A stretch of DNA of 32,000 nucleotides, from positions 157,031 to 189,030 of the forward strand of contig NZ_AUCH01000009.1 of the NCBI RefSeq assembly GCF_000429665.1. The letters run 5' to 3'. A program made the translations under genes and the position numbers. The notes below the pieces were generated by a model. It was given only the letters and a program-made list of their open reading frames with translations, made no database searches and was not told the DNA's origin. Positions 31,344 through 32,000 of the stretch are shown in pieces (positions within the stretch are counted from its first letter, which is position 1; each line of letters opens with the position of its first letter). The stretch is from Azovibrio restrictus DSM 23866 (GTDB lineage Bacteria; Pseudomonadota; Gammaproteobacteria; Burkholderiales; Rhodocyclaceae).

Positions 31344-32000
31344 ATGGAAAAGTTATTAGAAGTGCTTAACCCTCTAATACAATTTGTATTGGTATGTGTA
31401 GGGCTTTGGTACACGGTAGAAACTAGAAAATTAAGGCAGCAGTCCGAAAGACAATCGAAAGCAGCTTTGGGTCAAAAGCGGTTGTCAATAGCTCCCTATT
31501 TAGTAAGCGGACTAGTAAATCCGCTATCTGAAGATGAGGATGCAAGTGAATCAGGCGATAGCGCTGAGAGAGCCGAGCTGAAAAAAGCTATTGAAGATGC
31601 AAGGAAAAATGATGAATTGCTATATTTTGTCGGTGTTAGCAATCCAACTGACAAAGTTGCTATTCAGGTGGATATATATCTCTACGATAAAAATAAGAAA
31701 AGCTACTTATTAGGTGATACCGGACATCAAGTCTTGAGCAGTAAGGACCATGAAATCATCTCGGTATCTAGGCCATATATGACAGAGAGCGAAGTCACAG
31801 CGGAGATAAAAGCTGATCATGGCCTTCATGCCGAGTTTGCTCGTGCGGTCTCACAAAGAAAAGAAACCCATTCTGAAATTTATGTTCTTTACAAAGACAT
31901 CGAAGGGTTCTCATATTTGGCGGCTCGTCAATTTAAAGAAGAAGATGACGGAGACATAGTGTATAGGCAGCAAAATTTCTTTTTTAGTGGGTTGGAGTGA
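31344..32000 (+). CDS. hypothetical membrane-anchored protein (cassette 4), very AT-rich
   Basis: 218 aa with an N-terminal TM (LIQFVLVCVGLWYTV), an acidic linker and a beta-rich C-domain. The TGA stop falls on the last three bases of the window. The composition is completely different from the host. Confidence 0.55.
   Translation: MEKLLEVLNPLIQFVLVCVGLWYTVETRKLRQQSERQSKAALGQKRLSIAPYLVSGLVNPLSEDEDASESGDSAERAELKKAIEDARKNDELLYFVGVSNPTDKVAIQVDIYLYDKNKKSYLLGDTGHQVLSSKDHEIISVSRPYMTESEVTAEIKADHGLHAEFARAVSQRKETHSEIYVLYKDIEGFSYLAARQFKEEDDGDIVYRQQNFFFSGLE

Larger units (their letters stand above)
29107..32000 (+). mobile_element. integron-type gene cassette array without an integrase in the window (CALIN-like); continues to the window edge
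   Basis: All four ORF units are on the + strand, and the first three are each followed by an attC with the correct polarity. One stop codon lies inside an inverse core site. G+C falls stepwise compared with the flanks. Confidence 0.75.

Noticed and set aside
18907-32000. Search by eye for a direct repeat of the tRNA-Arg 3' end (…GTTCGAATCGTCTCGGGCGCGCCA) that would mark attR of a tRNA-targeting island.
   Set aside because: No copy was found inside the window, so island limits cannot be set this way. An attR may lie beyond 32000.

Overview
High-G+C proteobacterial chromosome segment. The gene content looks beta-proteobacterial, but the taxon is inference only.

**1 to ~18.9 kb: ordinary core genome.**
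- A Na/Pi cotransporter, cut by the window edge.
- Three large c-di-GMP signalling proteins. Two are tightly coupled to a periplasmic partner gene: a solute-binding protein and a di-haem cytochrome c peroxidase.
- The gmk-rpoZ-spoT cluster, a dadA-like oxidoreductase and tatD.
- A ClpX paralogue without the zinc-finger domain, a membrane-anchored cytochrome c, and tRNA-Arg(CCG).

**~18.95 to 29.1 kb: accessory DNA, starting just after the tRNA and its terminator.** This is a roughly 10 kb filamentous (inovirus-type) prophage.
- It carries an HTH repressor, a switch region, an RCR replication initiator and an ssDNA-binding protein.
- It also carries a major coat protein, a Gly-rich adsorption protein, a Zot/pI ATPase and its own pIV secretin.
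- No integrase is present.
- It contains an oppositely oriented membrane-anchored DUF2726 nuclease-like gene.
- It contains a 191-bp tandem duplication that creates a 'ghost' zot 5' end.
- A 17-bp palindromic motif occurs after the coat gene and again after the secretin gene.

**~29.1 kb to the window end: integron-type cassette array without intI.** G+C drops stepwise here.
- There are three textbook attC sites, each with R''/L''/L'/R' boxes and a single extrahelical base. An attI-like or partial site lies at the left boundary.
- The cassettes encode an unknown two-gene pair, an orphan barstar-like immunity protein, an Rx4H HEPN-like protein and an AT-rich membrane protein.

The direct abutment of an integrase-less ssDNA phage with an intI-less attC array is the most unusual thing in the window. 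Many long ORFs in the track are antisense shadow ORFs typical of high-G+C DNA, and I rejected them.
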